Made by a program: the position numbers and the translations under genes. Below are positions 1-12,311 of a stretch of 64,000 bases of DNA, piece after piece. The stretch is from Geosiphon pyriformis uo1 (lineage: Eukaryota; Fungi; Glomeromycota): assembly GCA_016748015.1 (NCBI GenBank), contig JAAOMT010000678.1, forward strand, positions 26,921 to 90,920, written 5' to 3'. Under the pieces are notes generated by a model. It did not search any database, was not told where the DNA came from, and was given only the letters and a program-made list of their open reading frames with translations. How positions within the stretch are numbered: the first letter of the stretch is position 1; each line of letters starts with the position of its first letter.

Positions 1-339
1 GCTTTCAGATAAGTAATTTCTAAAAAAAAGTTGACTTTTATTATAAAGTAATTGGCATAAAATCAGTTATTCTACTTATAAATCCAGTATTTTAAATTAT
101 AAAAGATAATTTAAAAATAAATTCAGTTATCAGAGATTTAACAGTTTTCAAAAATGTGAATTTATAATAAACAGACATTAACAACATTTAAAAAAAAGAC
201 CAAAAACTTTAGTAACAATATTTCTAAAAATATGTTTACTTGTTAAGTACTATTTTCTTATTAGTCTATTTTTATGATTTGTTTTTCTTATCTCTTTCTT
301 GTATTTTTTTTCTATAAATAACAATAATAATAAAAATTT

Positions 340-600
340 CGCCTAATGGCTTTTATGATCAATCTGGTTTTTTGTTAACTAGAATAGTTTATTTGCTTGG
401 TATTATTAAGTTTTTTGTAGTTAGTTTTGGTCTGTATAAAATGTGTTTGTTTTTTTCAAGCATAAACAATAGTACAGAAGTTTATATAAAAATGTAATAT
501 TGTTTTGATTGACTTAAATAACTGGTCATATATAGCAAATATATAAGTTATATTTAGTTAGATTTATTTAGTTTGTTTCTGTATACTATATAATGATTAA
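340..600 (+). mobile_element. Eroded, 5'-truncated LINE 3' end (ORF2 C-terminus + 3' UTR)
   Basis: Resembles the LINE end at 44620-44900, including the 3' UTR motif tgacttaaataactggtca (510-528) vs tgacttgagtggctggtca (44796-44814). Confidence 0.5.
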
Positions 601-785
601 ATTAATAATAATAATAATAAAAATTAAATCAAAAGTTATTTAAATATTATTTTAATTATTAAACAAATTATTATAATTAATAATAATAAAATACATACTA
701 TTATTAAGTCAAAAAAATTATTAATAGAAAAAAATTAATAATAAAATAGATAAATATATACTTAAATATATAATAACAATTATAT

Positions 786-1427
786 TGTTACAGTTGAAAC
801 TTATACTTTTTATTAATTATCACATATATTAACCACTGATGTTATATAAATTACTCACTCTATTTTTAGTAAGTGATCATTAACCTGATCATTGACAACT
901 TTTGACAGCTATATAAGTGATGAATTTCTTAGTTGTAAAAAAGCATGAAAGAATCAAAGCAATAAAAGAAATAAAATAACAATTTCATCTCAATTTTTCT
1001 CTTATTGCTAATTTCTCTTTTCCTACTTTCAAGTATCTGAATATCTTAAAGATAAAAGATTACTTGTTGGTTATTTCTTACCCTTTTTCTGAAATGTGTA
1101 ATTGCAGTATTTGAAAATTATTGAATAAAACGTGACTGAAGAACCCATCTGATACTTGATATTGAATTCTAAGAGTGCTAATATAAGGCATAGAATTATA
1201 CCAAGTGTAATCATTTGTTGACAATATAAACTATCTCTCTACCTTCAGATTTCCTAGTTATCTTTGAAAAGTATAGTGACTGAGATATTTTATGAGACTA
1301 ATCTTGTATATTGAATCCATACTTATTCAATTCGCTCTTTGAAGTTGAATTCTCTTTGATTATTTCCATCACTCTACAATCTTGTTCTTTCTTGCTATCT
1401 ATTAGCTTGTTATTCCAACCCGTAACA
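786..1427 (+). repeat. 5' LTR of element A
   Basis: TGTTAC...GTAACA termini; direct repeat of 7760-8500; TATA-like gctatataag near 908-917. Confidence 0.92.
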
Positions 1428-1433
1428 TAAAAG

Positions 1434-1450
1434 TGGTGCTTCCTGTAAGA
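1434..1450 (+). promoter_or_regulatory. Primer-binding site (TGGTGCTTCCTGTAAG)
   Basis: TGG-starting motif 6 nt after the LTR end; same motif in B at 17015. Confidence 0.8.
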
Positions 1451-1479
1451 TTGTCAAAATTCACTTTGTTTCCTATTGT

Positions 1480-3021
1480 ATGGGTAATTATTCATACCTG
1501 CCACAACAATCAGAAGAACACTTTGAAGCACACAACAAAAACAATCTAGACTTTATTGAACTCAATCCTTTGCTCTTCTGCTTGATTTGCTTTCCCATTG
1601 AAAAACAATCCAGTAGACAATTCCAAAACTTTTGGAACTGGTTCCTGAATGAGCATTCAGCTGAAACCTACATAGTTTATACAACCTATTACTTTGACCA
1701 AACTTATTTTGAAGACAACTGTAAAGAAAGAAACAACAGCATTAATCAACTTTTATACTCAACAATCTTTGAACAACAGCCCCCTGATTTTGAATATTTG
1801 AATCATCAAATCCACATTTGGATTGCTGCTCATCAATTAACAAAAACTCCTCTTAAAACAGAAGAAGAAAGCTATCAAACCACTCCTGTTTTTGATCTCT
1901 TTTCAAGTGAATCAGAACACTCCACACAAACAGTTACACCTGAACCAATGGCTCAAAACCCTTTACAACAAAACATTCTGATCACCTTTCAAGGTATACA
2001 GACTGCTTTAGGGCAAAAAAACAACACCCTATTACCATTATTCAAAGGTGATGCCCAAGATCCAATTGAATGGCTGAATGATTTTGAGAAAGCTGCCACA
2101 GCAAACCAATATGATAATGAATACAAGTTTCAAATCATTGGTGGCTACCTTCAAAACTCTCTTGCTACTTGGTTCTCACAAGAAACTAATGTCAATGCTT
2201 AACAAAGAATTATTAGATGGGCACCAGCAAATGCTGGAGAAAACAACATCTCTTTCACTACCCAGTTTGAAATAAAATTTAGAACTTCTATCTTAATCTC
2301 AAAATGGCATATGGAATTAGAAAAAAGAACTCAAGGCCCTGGTAAGGTTGTGACAAAATATGCCAAAGCAATAAAAAAACTCATTAAATAGATAGACTCT
2401 AAAAAAAATTGGACAGAAAAGCAGAAAATACATTCTTTTACAAAAGGACTGAGAACTGATCTATCATATGCTTTTTGGCCCCTCTTGGCCTTGAAAAATA
2501 ATTCCACAATGGATATGACCATTGAACTTGCTCAGAAAATAGAAAACAATCAAAGGATGCACTTAGGATCTACACTTTCAGTTTTTGCTTCTGCTTCTGC
2601 TCTCCAAATGACTGTTACCTTTTTTGCTGCCCAAACTCAAGACCCAAATGAACAGTTAATAGATAGACTTACAGCTAATTTTGCCCAGCTATTAGAACTA
2701 TTGGCCCAAGCAGTCAGAAACAATCAGCAACCCCAAAGACCTAAATTTAAACTCCGCTTCAATCAGGCCCAGCAACCACCATATTAAAGACAACAAAATC
2801 ATGGCCCACCTATGTACTATCACTGTGGACTAACTGAAAACTTTTCTAGAGACTGTAACAATCCTTCATTGCCTCTTTCAGCTCCCAGAAATAATGACAC
2901 CCAGAATAACAGATCCAACAATAATAATGTTCCCAATCAAAGACCCAATCATGCCAACATCAATTTCTTTGGAAAGAATCCTTTAGTTGAAGCTACTGTT
3001 TATCAGCCTTTAAACTGGTAA
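1480..3021 (+). pseudogene. gag: gag (capsid + CCHC zinc knuckle), interrupted by stops
   Basis: LPLFKGDAQDPIEWLNDFEKAATANQY capsid motif; degenerate knuckle YYHCGLTENFSRDC (CYCCGLTGHYLRDC in B). Confidence 0.9.
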
Positions 3022-6000
3022 ACACATCTCCAAAGGATGAAAGTACAAGCCAACCAGAAGAAAACCTCTTTTATGCTTTTAACATAATTAATGATGATCA
3101 TAACATGGATGAATTAGCAATCAACACTTCTGAATCAACCAGAAAGAAGAAGAAAGCCAAAGTTGATTTTGTTCTAGATCCAAAAAAAGCCTTCACATCA
3201 ACTGCTGATAACAATAAGCTGCTAAAAACTAAAGTTTTTAAAAATTCCCCAAAGTTGAAACCTCCAGAAATAGTACAAAAATTTGGCTTCTATTTTGTTG
3301 TTAAAAATCTTATAGAAACTCTTGCACACATTACATTTGACCAATTGATGACCCATCCACAGTTCAGAAAAGATCTTCACAAATCATTGATACCAAAAAA
3401 AAAAACACCAAAGACCAACAAATGCCCTCACCAAGCTGGACTTGCTGATAACAGCAATGTTACCTCTCTGATTTGTAAAGCCCAAGTGGCTGGTTACTTC
3501 ATTGATCTGATCCTAAACAGTAGATCATTTGTTAGTGTAATTGCCAAACATTTTCTTAAAACAATTGGCAGAAAGATTGATGAGTCTTTCACAAGACCAA
3601 TGACCAATATACATGGTGACAAGAAGAAAGGCTTGGGCATAGCCAAAGCTATTCCTGTCTACATTAATGGTATCAATATTGAAACTGATATGAAAGTGTC
3701 TAAAGCAAAAGAGTACACCATTATTGTTAATAATAAATGACTTAAGAAAGCCAAAGCACTACTTGACTATGAACTTTGCGAGCTAACCATCAGATGTGAT
3801 GAGAAACCCATTGTGATTAAATGCCAACATTGGACAACTCTTCCAGTAACCCAACAGAACAAAGAAGAAAAACAATCAGATGAATCAGATGATGATGAAA
3901 GCAATGATGATGAAAGCAATGATGATGAAAATCAAGAAGAACAAGAAGAAACTGCTGAACTTGCCTACACTATCTTCACCAGCAATGGCAAGCCACTGGA
4001 CAATGTTAAAGCTAACAAAGAAGGAATCATGGTAAATGGCAAAATAATCTGCTGGCCCTACTATGATATTCTCAGAAGAATCTTTAACAGAAAACCTAGT
4101 AAGAAAGCCAAATACAGTTATTGGTGGCATGGCTCTTGTGCATGGTACTGGTGTAATAAACCTTTGTATTCACCAAATAATGAATACAAATCCTGCCTAA
4201 TCTATTACAAAAATTGGGAACTAATTAGTTTGATACCTCGAGAAGAACTCAAAGAAGTACAAAAGTCTTTTGAGAATAAACTATCTAAAATCCAATCATT
4301 GGTTATAGAACAAAGAGAACCTTCCCCTGAAGAAAAAAAAGTGGACATTGAAAATCTGTTGGCTAAAAATAGTCCAGTTATCTCAAAAGAAGGTGACATC
4401 TCTGAACAAACCCATGTGATACAACACACCATTACCACCAAAAAAACTCACCCCATTCATTTGAAGTTTTATCAATCCAATTGACACAATAATGAGTTTA
4501 TCAAGAAAAAGATAAACCAGATGAAAGATCTTGGATTCATACAAGAAACCAAGAGTGAATGGGCTTTTCCAGTTGTAGTGGTATTTAAGAAAGGTGGAAC
4601 TCTATGCTTCTGTGTTGACTACTGCCAATTAAATGCCATTACTATAAGAAACATGTATCCACTTCTCAAGATTGATGCAATGCTAAATAAATTCAATGGT
4701 GCTGTATTTTTCTCAACCATTGACTTAACTGCTGGATTCTGGCAAGTAGAGATGAATTCAGAAAGCAGAAAAAAAACTGTCTTTATCACCAAGTATGGCA
4801 TCTATAAATTTACAATCATGCTTTTTGGTTTCACCAATGCTTCTTTCACCTTTTAATGCTTAATGGATAAAGTATTTGAATCAGTAAAAGAAAACTTTGT
4901 TTTGGTTTATTTGGACGACATAATAGTATATTCAAAAACCTGGGATAAATATCTTAAACATTTACAAAAAGTTTTTGACCTCCTTAGAAATGCTGGCCTT
5001 AAGATCAACCCAATTAAATCTTTCTTTGGACACCAATCTACCTAATTTCTTGGTTATCTTGTTACAAAAGATGGAATCTTTCTTGATCCAGCTAAAGTTG
5101 AAAAAGTTCAGAACATTAGACAACCAATAAATGTTCCTGAACTACATTTTTTCCTTGGTTTGGCCTCTTACTATTGCAAATTCATCAAGAATTTCTCCAA
5201 AATTGCCTTTCCTCTCAGTTAGCTATTCAGAAAAAATGTTAATTATCACTGAAGTACTTATTAACAAAAAACTTTTGAATTTCTGAAGGAAAAACTTGTT
5301 ACTGAACCAATTCTCAAACAACCTGATCTGGATCAATCTTTTATTCTCCACACTGATGTATCTGGCTATGGACTTGGTACTGTTTTTTCACAGAAAAACG
5401 AAAATGGCAGAGAACATGCCATAGCATATGCCAATAGATCCTTCACATCAGTTAAAAAAAACTATTCAGTTACTGAACAAGAATGTTTAGCAGTAGTTTG
5501 GGCTACTAACTATTGGGACCAATATCTTCTTAATGCAAAATTCTTAGTGATAACAGATCATCAAGTCTTGGTTTGGCTGCACAAGAAAAAGAAACTGAAA
5601 CACAAACAAATAACTTGCTAGATACTCCACTTAGATGAATTCGACTATGATATTTAATACTGCAAAGGAGCAAATCATCAAAACGCCAATGCTCTCTCTA
5701 GACTTATCATCCAGTGACAGTATAACCTCTTAAACCAAACCAACTTAATTATTAGTAACTTCTTTACAAACAAACACAATAATAGACTTGAACAACTACT
5801 TTGCTTTAATGAAATTTTTGGGTAAAGGATAATACTCATTAGAATACACTCAACAGTAAAGAGAACATTTGTGTAAACAATCAAATTTCTATTTGATCCA
5901 CCAGAACCAATTATACAAAAGAAACAGAAAAGATCCTGACTGCCCCCAAAGAGTCATCAGATTTGAAGAAAAAGAAATTGTAATATACAACATACACACT

Positions 6001-7094
6001 GACCCATTAGTTAAACACTTTGGAAAAACAAAAACAATTCAGAAAACTTTAGCTTGTTATTATTGGCCTACTTTGGAAAAAGACATTGTTGAATACATTA
6101 AAACCTGTGACATCTGCCAAAAAAAAACAAACCTAATCACAAAGAAGATATCCATCTAATTTTTGTTGGTCAACCATTTAACAGAATTGGTATAAATGTT
6201 GTTGAACCTTTAACAATCACTTCTGATGGCAACAGATATATTATCACAGCTACTGACTATCTTACAAAGTGAGTAGAAGCAAGAGCCACCCCAGACCAAA
6301 CAGCAGTCTTAATAGCTAATTTTATTTATGAAGATATTATTTGCTGTCATGGCTGTTCCAAAAAACTTTTATCTGATAGAGGAAGAGCTTTTTTCAGTAC
6401 ACTGGTTGAAGAACTTTGTAGAAAAATGGGAATATGTCATAAACTTTCTTCCCCTTATTATCCCCAAACAAATAGCCTAGTGGAACGTTTCAATAAAACA
6501 CTATGTAAAACCCTAGCCAAAACCAGTGAAGAAACAAACTTATGAGACAAAGCACTGCCTTCAGCTTTGTTTGCTTATCGAATTGTGAATCATGACATAA
6601 CAAGTTATGAATCTTTTTATCTGCTCTATAGATGCATGGCAATGCTATCAATAGAAACTGACATTGAAACAATACCCTTTAAAGAAATCACAATAGGGAA
6701 TTACAAAGACATTTTGCAAAAAAGACTTAATACTATTTTTGACTTTTTGGTAGAAGCATGAATAATTGCTTTTAAAAAGATAAAACAGTTCTAAGAAAAG
6801 CTTAAAAAAAAGAAAACCTATAAAACACTTTTTTTAAGTATTGGTGACTTGGTACTAGAATACCATTCAGATAAAGACAATGTTTATGGTGATAAATTTT
6901 CTAGCTGGTGAAAAAGACCCTTTATAGTCAACAAAGTTTTGAACAATAGTTCTTATATTTTTCAAGATCAATCTGGAACAATCTTCAATGATCATCCTGT
7001 TCACAGTACACAACTCAAGAAATATCATAAATGACCTGATTGGCTGCCTGTTGTAGTAATACTGACTCAAATAATCAGCAAAAATCAAGTATAA
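3009..7094 (+). pseudogene. pol: pol (aspartic protease, RT, RNase H, integrase), interrupted
   Basis: LILNSRS (D-S-G site), WAFPVVVV..K, FCVDY, LVYLDDIIVYS, YYWPTL..DIVEYIKTCDICQ. Confidence 0.92.
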
Positions 7095-7135
7095 ATAAAT
7101 GCACCATTCCCAAAACAAAAGTATTTTCAATCGAC

Positions 7136-7790
7136 ATGAACAATTATTTTCTGGATCAAAACATTCAAAACACTTTCTATATTCTTTATGAGTATTGGAT
7201 CAAAAACTATCCAAATGCTACTTTGACTATTGGAAAACAAACCATCATAACTGATAACAGTAGAATACATACTATTATTAGAAAAGAAAACCACTACCAG
7301 AAGAGAAAGAATTGGTAGTAAAATGGATAAATATTTGTTAGAAAGTATAACAGCAGCTATACTCTCATCTTCCAACACAATTGGAAAAACACTACAAAAA
7401 ATCTTACCCATAGACAAAAACTTGTTATATGAAAGGCAATTAGAACTCTATAGTCATCTTGGTGAAATCATAGAGGATATAAAACTCATAAAAAAAACAA
7501 CTTCAGAGATACAGGCAGAAATTTTGGGCATTATATAGTTAGATGTCCTAAGAGTTTTAACTATTGCTAAAAGAGCTAAAACTCTAATACAAAAATTTGG
7601 TCTCTTGGATACAAAACTCATTTCGTCTCAAGTATTATATATTTTATCCACAAAAAACTTCAACAAACTAGTTAGTTTTGAGTTAGATAAAACCCTTCCA
7701 ATAGATTACACCATAAATAGCTTGATTTCACTGAAGCTCAATTTCTTTGGAGAAAATAATATTATAATTGAAACTTATACTTTTTATTAA
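7136..7790 (+). pseudogene. Accessory ORF3 of element A (frameshift and stop)
   Basis: Fragments 7040-7318, 7323-7538 and 7605-7790 align with the intact ORF at 22717-23373. Confidence 0.8.
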
Positions 7791-8500
7791 TTATCACATG
7801 TATTAGCCACTGATGTTACATAAATTAGCCACTCTATTTTTAGTAAGTGATTATTGACCTGACTGTTGACCTGATTATTGACCTAATCATTGATCTGATT
7901 ATTGACTTGATTAATGATCTAATCATTAACCTGATCATTGACTTGATTATTGACCTAGTCATTGATCTGATCATTAACTACTTTTGACAGCTATATAAGC
8001 AATGAATCTCTTAGCTATAGAAAAGCATGAAAGAATCAAAGAAATAAAATAACAACTTCATCTCAATCTTTCTCTTATTGCTAATTTCTCTTTTCCTATT
8101 TTTAAGTATCTGAACATCTTAAAGATAAAAGATTACTTGTTGGTTATTCCTTATTCTTTTCCTAAAATGTGTAATTGCAGTATTTGAAGATTATTGAATA
8201 AAATATGACTGAAGAGCACATCTGATACTTGATATTAAATTCTAAGAGTGCTGATGTAAGGCATAAAATTATAACAAGTGTGATTATTTGTTGACAGTAC
8301 AGACTATCCTTTTATCTTCAGATTTCTTAGTTATCTTTGAAAAGTATAGCAACTAAAATATTTTATGAGACTGATCTTGCACATTGAATCCATACTCATT
8401 CAATTTGCTCTTTAAAGTTGAATTCTCTTTGATTATTTCCATCACCCTACAATTCTGTTCTCCTTTGCTATCCATTAGCTTGTTATTCCAATTTGTAATA
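7760..8500 (+). repeat. 3' LTR of element A
   Basis: Direct repeat of 786-1427, preceded by PPT ggagaaaataa; termini decayed to TATTAT...GTAATA. Confidence 0.92.
7854..7973 (+). repeat. 12-bp tandem repeat (TTGACCTGATCA, ~10 units) in U3
   Basis: Units visible directly; only 1-2 units in the 5' LTR. Confidence 0.9.
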
Positions 8501-8644
8501 ATATTATTGTTTTTCAATATAATTAAAAAAATAATTAAAAAATTTATATAAAAAAAAATAAGCTTTAAATTAACTTAATAAAATTATAAAAAACATAAAA
8601 CTCTTAAAAAAACAACTATAAAAATACAAATAAAAATTTTGAAT

Positions 8645-9257
8645 ATTATATAATTAAATATTTTTAAAGTTTTAATTATTATTAATATTATATGTATTAA
8701 TTATTTATTATTATATAATTAACCATTTTATTTTCAGATAATAATTGTTAATTTGATTAATAATTTGATTATTAATCTAATTATCAACTTAATTATTAAT
8801 TTAATTGTTAATCTAATTATTAATAGTTACATATAAAAAAACATAAAATCTAAAAATTAAATACAATAAAAATATATCCAATATTTTTTCTTATTTTATT
8901 TATTTCTCTTTTTTAATTTTTTATCTTTAAGTATTTAAATATTTGTAAATAAAAAACTAATTGGTATTTCTTAATTTAATTTAAAAAATATTTGTTTGCT
9001 TTTGTAATTTTTTGAATAAAAAAACAATTAAAAAGCACAATACCTATTATTGATTTTTAAAATCACCAAGTAAAACATAAAATAATCGCAATAATGTTAT
9101 TTTATTAACAATCATGAACTATTTTTCTATTTTCAAATTTTCCAAAAAAAATTAAGTGATTCTAAAATTGATTACACACATTGAATCTTTACAAATTCAA
9201 TTCGTTTCTTTGATTGAATTTCCTTTTTTATTATTTCCATTACTCAAACCCGTAACA
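8645..9257 (+). repeat. Heavily AT-eroded solo LTR related to the A/B family
   Basis: Ends tactcaaacccgtaaca like the A/B LTRs; retains eroded 12-bp units and a TATA-like motif; left boundary approximate. Confidence 0.65.
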
Positions 9258-9322
9258 ATATATTGTTCAATTAATTAATCTAAAATATTGAATTGTTAAT
9301 CTAATAAAAAATCATGTCATTT

Positions 9323-12311
9323 TTATTTTTCATACACAAGTGGCATCATTGATCGCAATAGTGACTTAACATTTTCATGTTTAGCCAAATTTAAAGGATC
9401 AGGCCATGCACACAAAAGCTGTTTCAAAATACTAATATCATCATCACTCAATNNNNNNNNNNNNNNNNNNNNNNNNNNNNNNNNNNNNNNNNNNNNNNNN
9501 NNNNNNNNNNNNNNNNNNNNNNNNNNNNNNNNNNNNNNNNNNNNNNNNNNNNNNNNNNNNNNNNNNNNNNNAATGAGCATCGTAAACCTTACTCCAATTC
9601 TTGACTTGAATTAGAAAGTAAGACATTGAATCAACTGAAATAGGACTAGATCCATCCCAATCCAACAAAACTGGAATTATCAAGTCAACTCCTGCTTGGT
9701 TACGTTTACATATCACAGCTGCGAAGCGAATGAATAGAGTTCTCAATTGTGTCTGGTTTGGGGTGTAAGTAACCGGAATGAAGTGTGTAAATGCAAGTAA
9801 ACCATCAGCCAACTTTTGAGGGAAACTTTGAATATGTTCGTCATAGTTCTCCTGCCCGAAAAGAGATATCAAAAACTCTTTCACTCTAATTGGGCGTGAA
9901 ACAAACTCCTTCGAATATCCTAGATTTCCCAAGTGTGGTGATATATCTCTATCTCTAGTAGCATGATCCCAAGCGATCATTAAAAGTAAACGGGCGACCA
10001 ACTCTCCACGATAGCCAGGTTCTATATAACCAGTGTGTAATGCATCTAGTAGAAAGTGGAGTAGTTTTCTCAACACATTCTGGTCTTTCATAAGCAATGC
10101 TGCAGCCTCAGCAAGTATCGGTTCAGACGGATAGAATGCCAATAGTTTATGCCGATCCTCTGAAACGTGAACGCATANNNNNNNNNNNNNNNNNNNNNNN
10201 NNNNNNNNNNNNNNNNNNNNNNNNNNNNNNNNNNNNNNNNNNNNNNNNNNNNNNNNNNNNNNNNNNNNNNNNNNNNNNNNNNNNNNNNNNNNNNNNNNNN
10301 NNNNNNNNNNNNNNNNNNNNNNNNNNNNNNNNNNNNNNNNNNNNNNNNNNNNNNNNNNNNNNNNNNNNNNNNNNNNNNNNNNNNNNNNNNNNNNNNNNNN
10401 NNNNNNNNNNNNNNNNNNNNNNNNNNNNNNNNNNNNNNNNNNNNNNNNNNNNNNNNNNNNNNNNNNNNNNNNNNNNNNNNNNNNNNNNNNNNNNNNNNNN
10501 NNNNNNNNNNNNNNNNNNNNNNNNNNNNNNNNNNNNNNNNNNNNNNNNNNNNNNNNNNNNNNNNNNNNNNNNNNNNNNNNNNNNNNNNNNNNNNNNNNNN
10601 NNNNNNNNNNNNNNNNNNNNNNNNNNNNNNNNNNNNNNNNNNNNNNNNNNNNNNNNNNNNNNNNNNNNNNNNNNNNNNNNNNNNNNNNNNNNNNNNNNNN
10701 NNNNNNNNNNNNNNNNNNNNNNNNNNNNNNNNNNNNNNNNNNNNNNNNNNNNNNNNNNNNNNNNNNNNNNNNNNNNNNNNNNNNNNNNNNNNNNNNNNNN
10801 NNNNNNNNNNNNNNNNNNNNNNNNNNNNNNNNNNNNNNNNNNNNNNNNNNNNNNNNNNNNNNNNNNNNNNNNNNNNNNNNNNNNNNNNNNNNNNNNNNNN
10901 NNNNNNNNNNNNNNNNNNNNNNNNNNNNNNNNNNNNNNNNNNNNNNNNNNNNNNNNNNNNNNNNNNNNNNNNNNNNNNNNNNNNNNNNNNNNNNNNNNNN
11001 NNNNNNNNNNNNNNNNNNNNNNNNNNNNNNNNNNNNNNNNNNNNNNNNNNNNNNNNNNNNNNNNNNNNNNNNNNNNNNNNNNNNNNNNNNNNNNNNNNNN
11101 NNNNNNNNNNNNNNNNNNNNNNNNNNNNNNNNNNNNNNNNNNGTCGTCAATATGTTTTTCAAAAAGCTGCAAGACACCGAGATCATCTTTGTATTTTTGC
11201 TCAAATGCCTCCACCATTGATCCTGAATTTCATGCATTATAGTTAGAAATGAGAAAGGATAGTTAAAATATTAATTAGATTCAGTTACAAAAGAAGAAAG
11301 GTACTCACTTTTCAGAGATTCTGAGGTAGAGGAGATGAAATCACTGCCAGTTTCTAGAAAGAATTATAACTTAGTATTTATACTAGATGAAACTTAATAC
11401 TAAAAAGGATCACTTCAAACTCAAAACACATGTTAATAAAAATAGATTGATCAATTAACCTACCAGTGGAAGACTTAGCTATAAGAAACAAATAAAGCAC
11501 ATCGGCGACAAGAAAAGGGAAGGAAGAAAGCAATAGTTAATTAACATCATAAGAGTATATCGAGCGTTCTCTCAAATAGATGAAAACGGGTATAGATGAT
11601 AGATAACGGAGGTGAAGAGTAAAACTTAAGTTAAGAGCTAACATTAAGTCAAAAGGTTTTATTATTGAGTTAAATGCAAAGCAATTTTGGAAGTAAGAGG
11701 CAGAAGTAAATGAGCACAAATTAGTCAAATGAACGAAGGATAATGGTAATAGGGTGGATAAGAAAGTACTTTTTTATCCTACTCCATTTCCCAACGCCCG
11801 AGTTACCTGTCTTAGTTGCTTCCATCAACGTATTTTGTAATTTTTGCATTTGCATCTTCCACTCGTTCTTTTCTACTTTTAACTCGTTCTTGTCTACTTT
11901 TAGCTCCTTCACTTCTTCTTCTAGCTTTTCATTTTGCTTTTCATTTTGCTTTTCTAGCTTTTCTTTTTGCTTTTCTAGCTTTTCTTTTTGCTTTTCTAGC
12001 TCTTGCATATCTTCTATCCACCAATGCTTTTCGTTTTCGTTCTTGTACTTCTCCTGTCTCAAATTTTTCTTCAATTCACGTAACTCATCTTCCTTTTCAC
12101 GTAACTCATCTTCCTTTTCACGTAACTCATCTTCCTTCTCACCCTCCATTAACTTTTTTAGCTTCTCCTCCTTTTCCTTCAGCTTCTCACCCTTCTCGTT
12201 CAGCTCCTCCACGCATCTCCTATACTCGGTCGTAGCCACCTCTAATTGACGTTTAATATCTTCAACGCTCGCCATGGTGTTTTGTGTGTTTGTTATGGTT
12301 TGGGAAGACAT
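9323..12311 (-). CDS. Spliced gene: N-terminal coiled coil + C-terminal PD-(D/E)xK-like nuclease (Crinkler/CR-type NTPase-REase family, probable); middle hidden by N gaps
   Basis: Exons 12311-11807, 11478-11464, 11353-11309, 11222-9323 with GT-AG introns all in phase 1. They splice to ...ATKT-AKSST-ETGSDFISSTSESLK-RSMVEAFEQKY. C-terminal motifs YPSEPILAEAA, GELVARLLL, QAGVDLIIPV, LIQVKN. CpGs retained. Confidence 0.75.
11925..12145 (-). repeat. 21-bp coding tandem repeats (EKEDELR x3; EKQKEKL x2-3)
   Basis: Exact heptad repeats in exon 1. Confidence 0.85.

Larger units (their letters stand above)
786..8500 (+). mobile_element. Ty3/Gypsy LTR retrotransposon, copy A (degenerate, full length)
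   Basis: Paired LTRs, PBS, gag-PR-RT-RH-IN order, PPT, and 4-bp TSD ATAT (782-785 / 8501-8504). Confidence 0.95.

Noticed and set aside
7854-7973. CRISPR-like array (also 59335-59840)
   Set aside because: Head-to-tail repeats without unique spacers, no cas genes, eukaryotic context.
10097-11246. Long ORFs spanning the N run
   Set aside because: Artefacts of the assembly gap; only the - strand flanks are coding.
11743-12249. F/S-rich + strand ORFs
   Set aside because: Antisense shadow of the E/K-rich coiled-coil exon.
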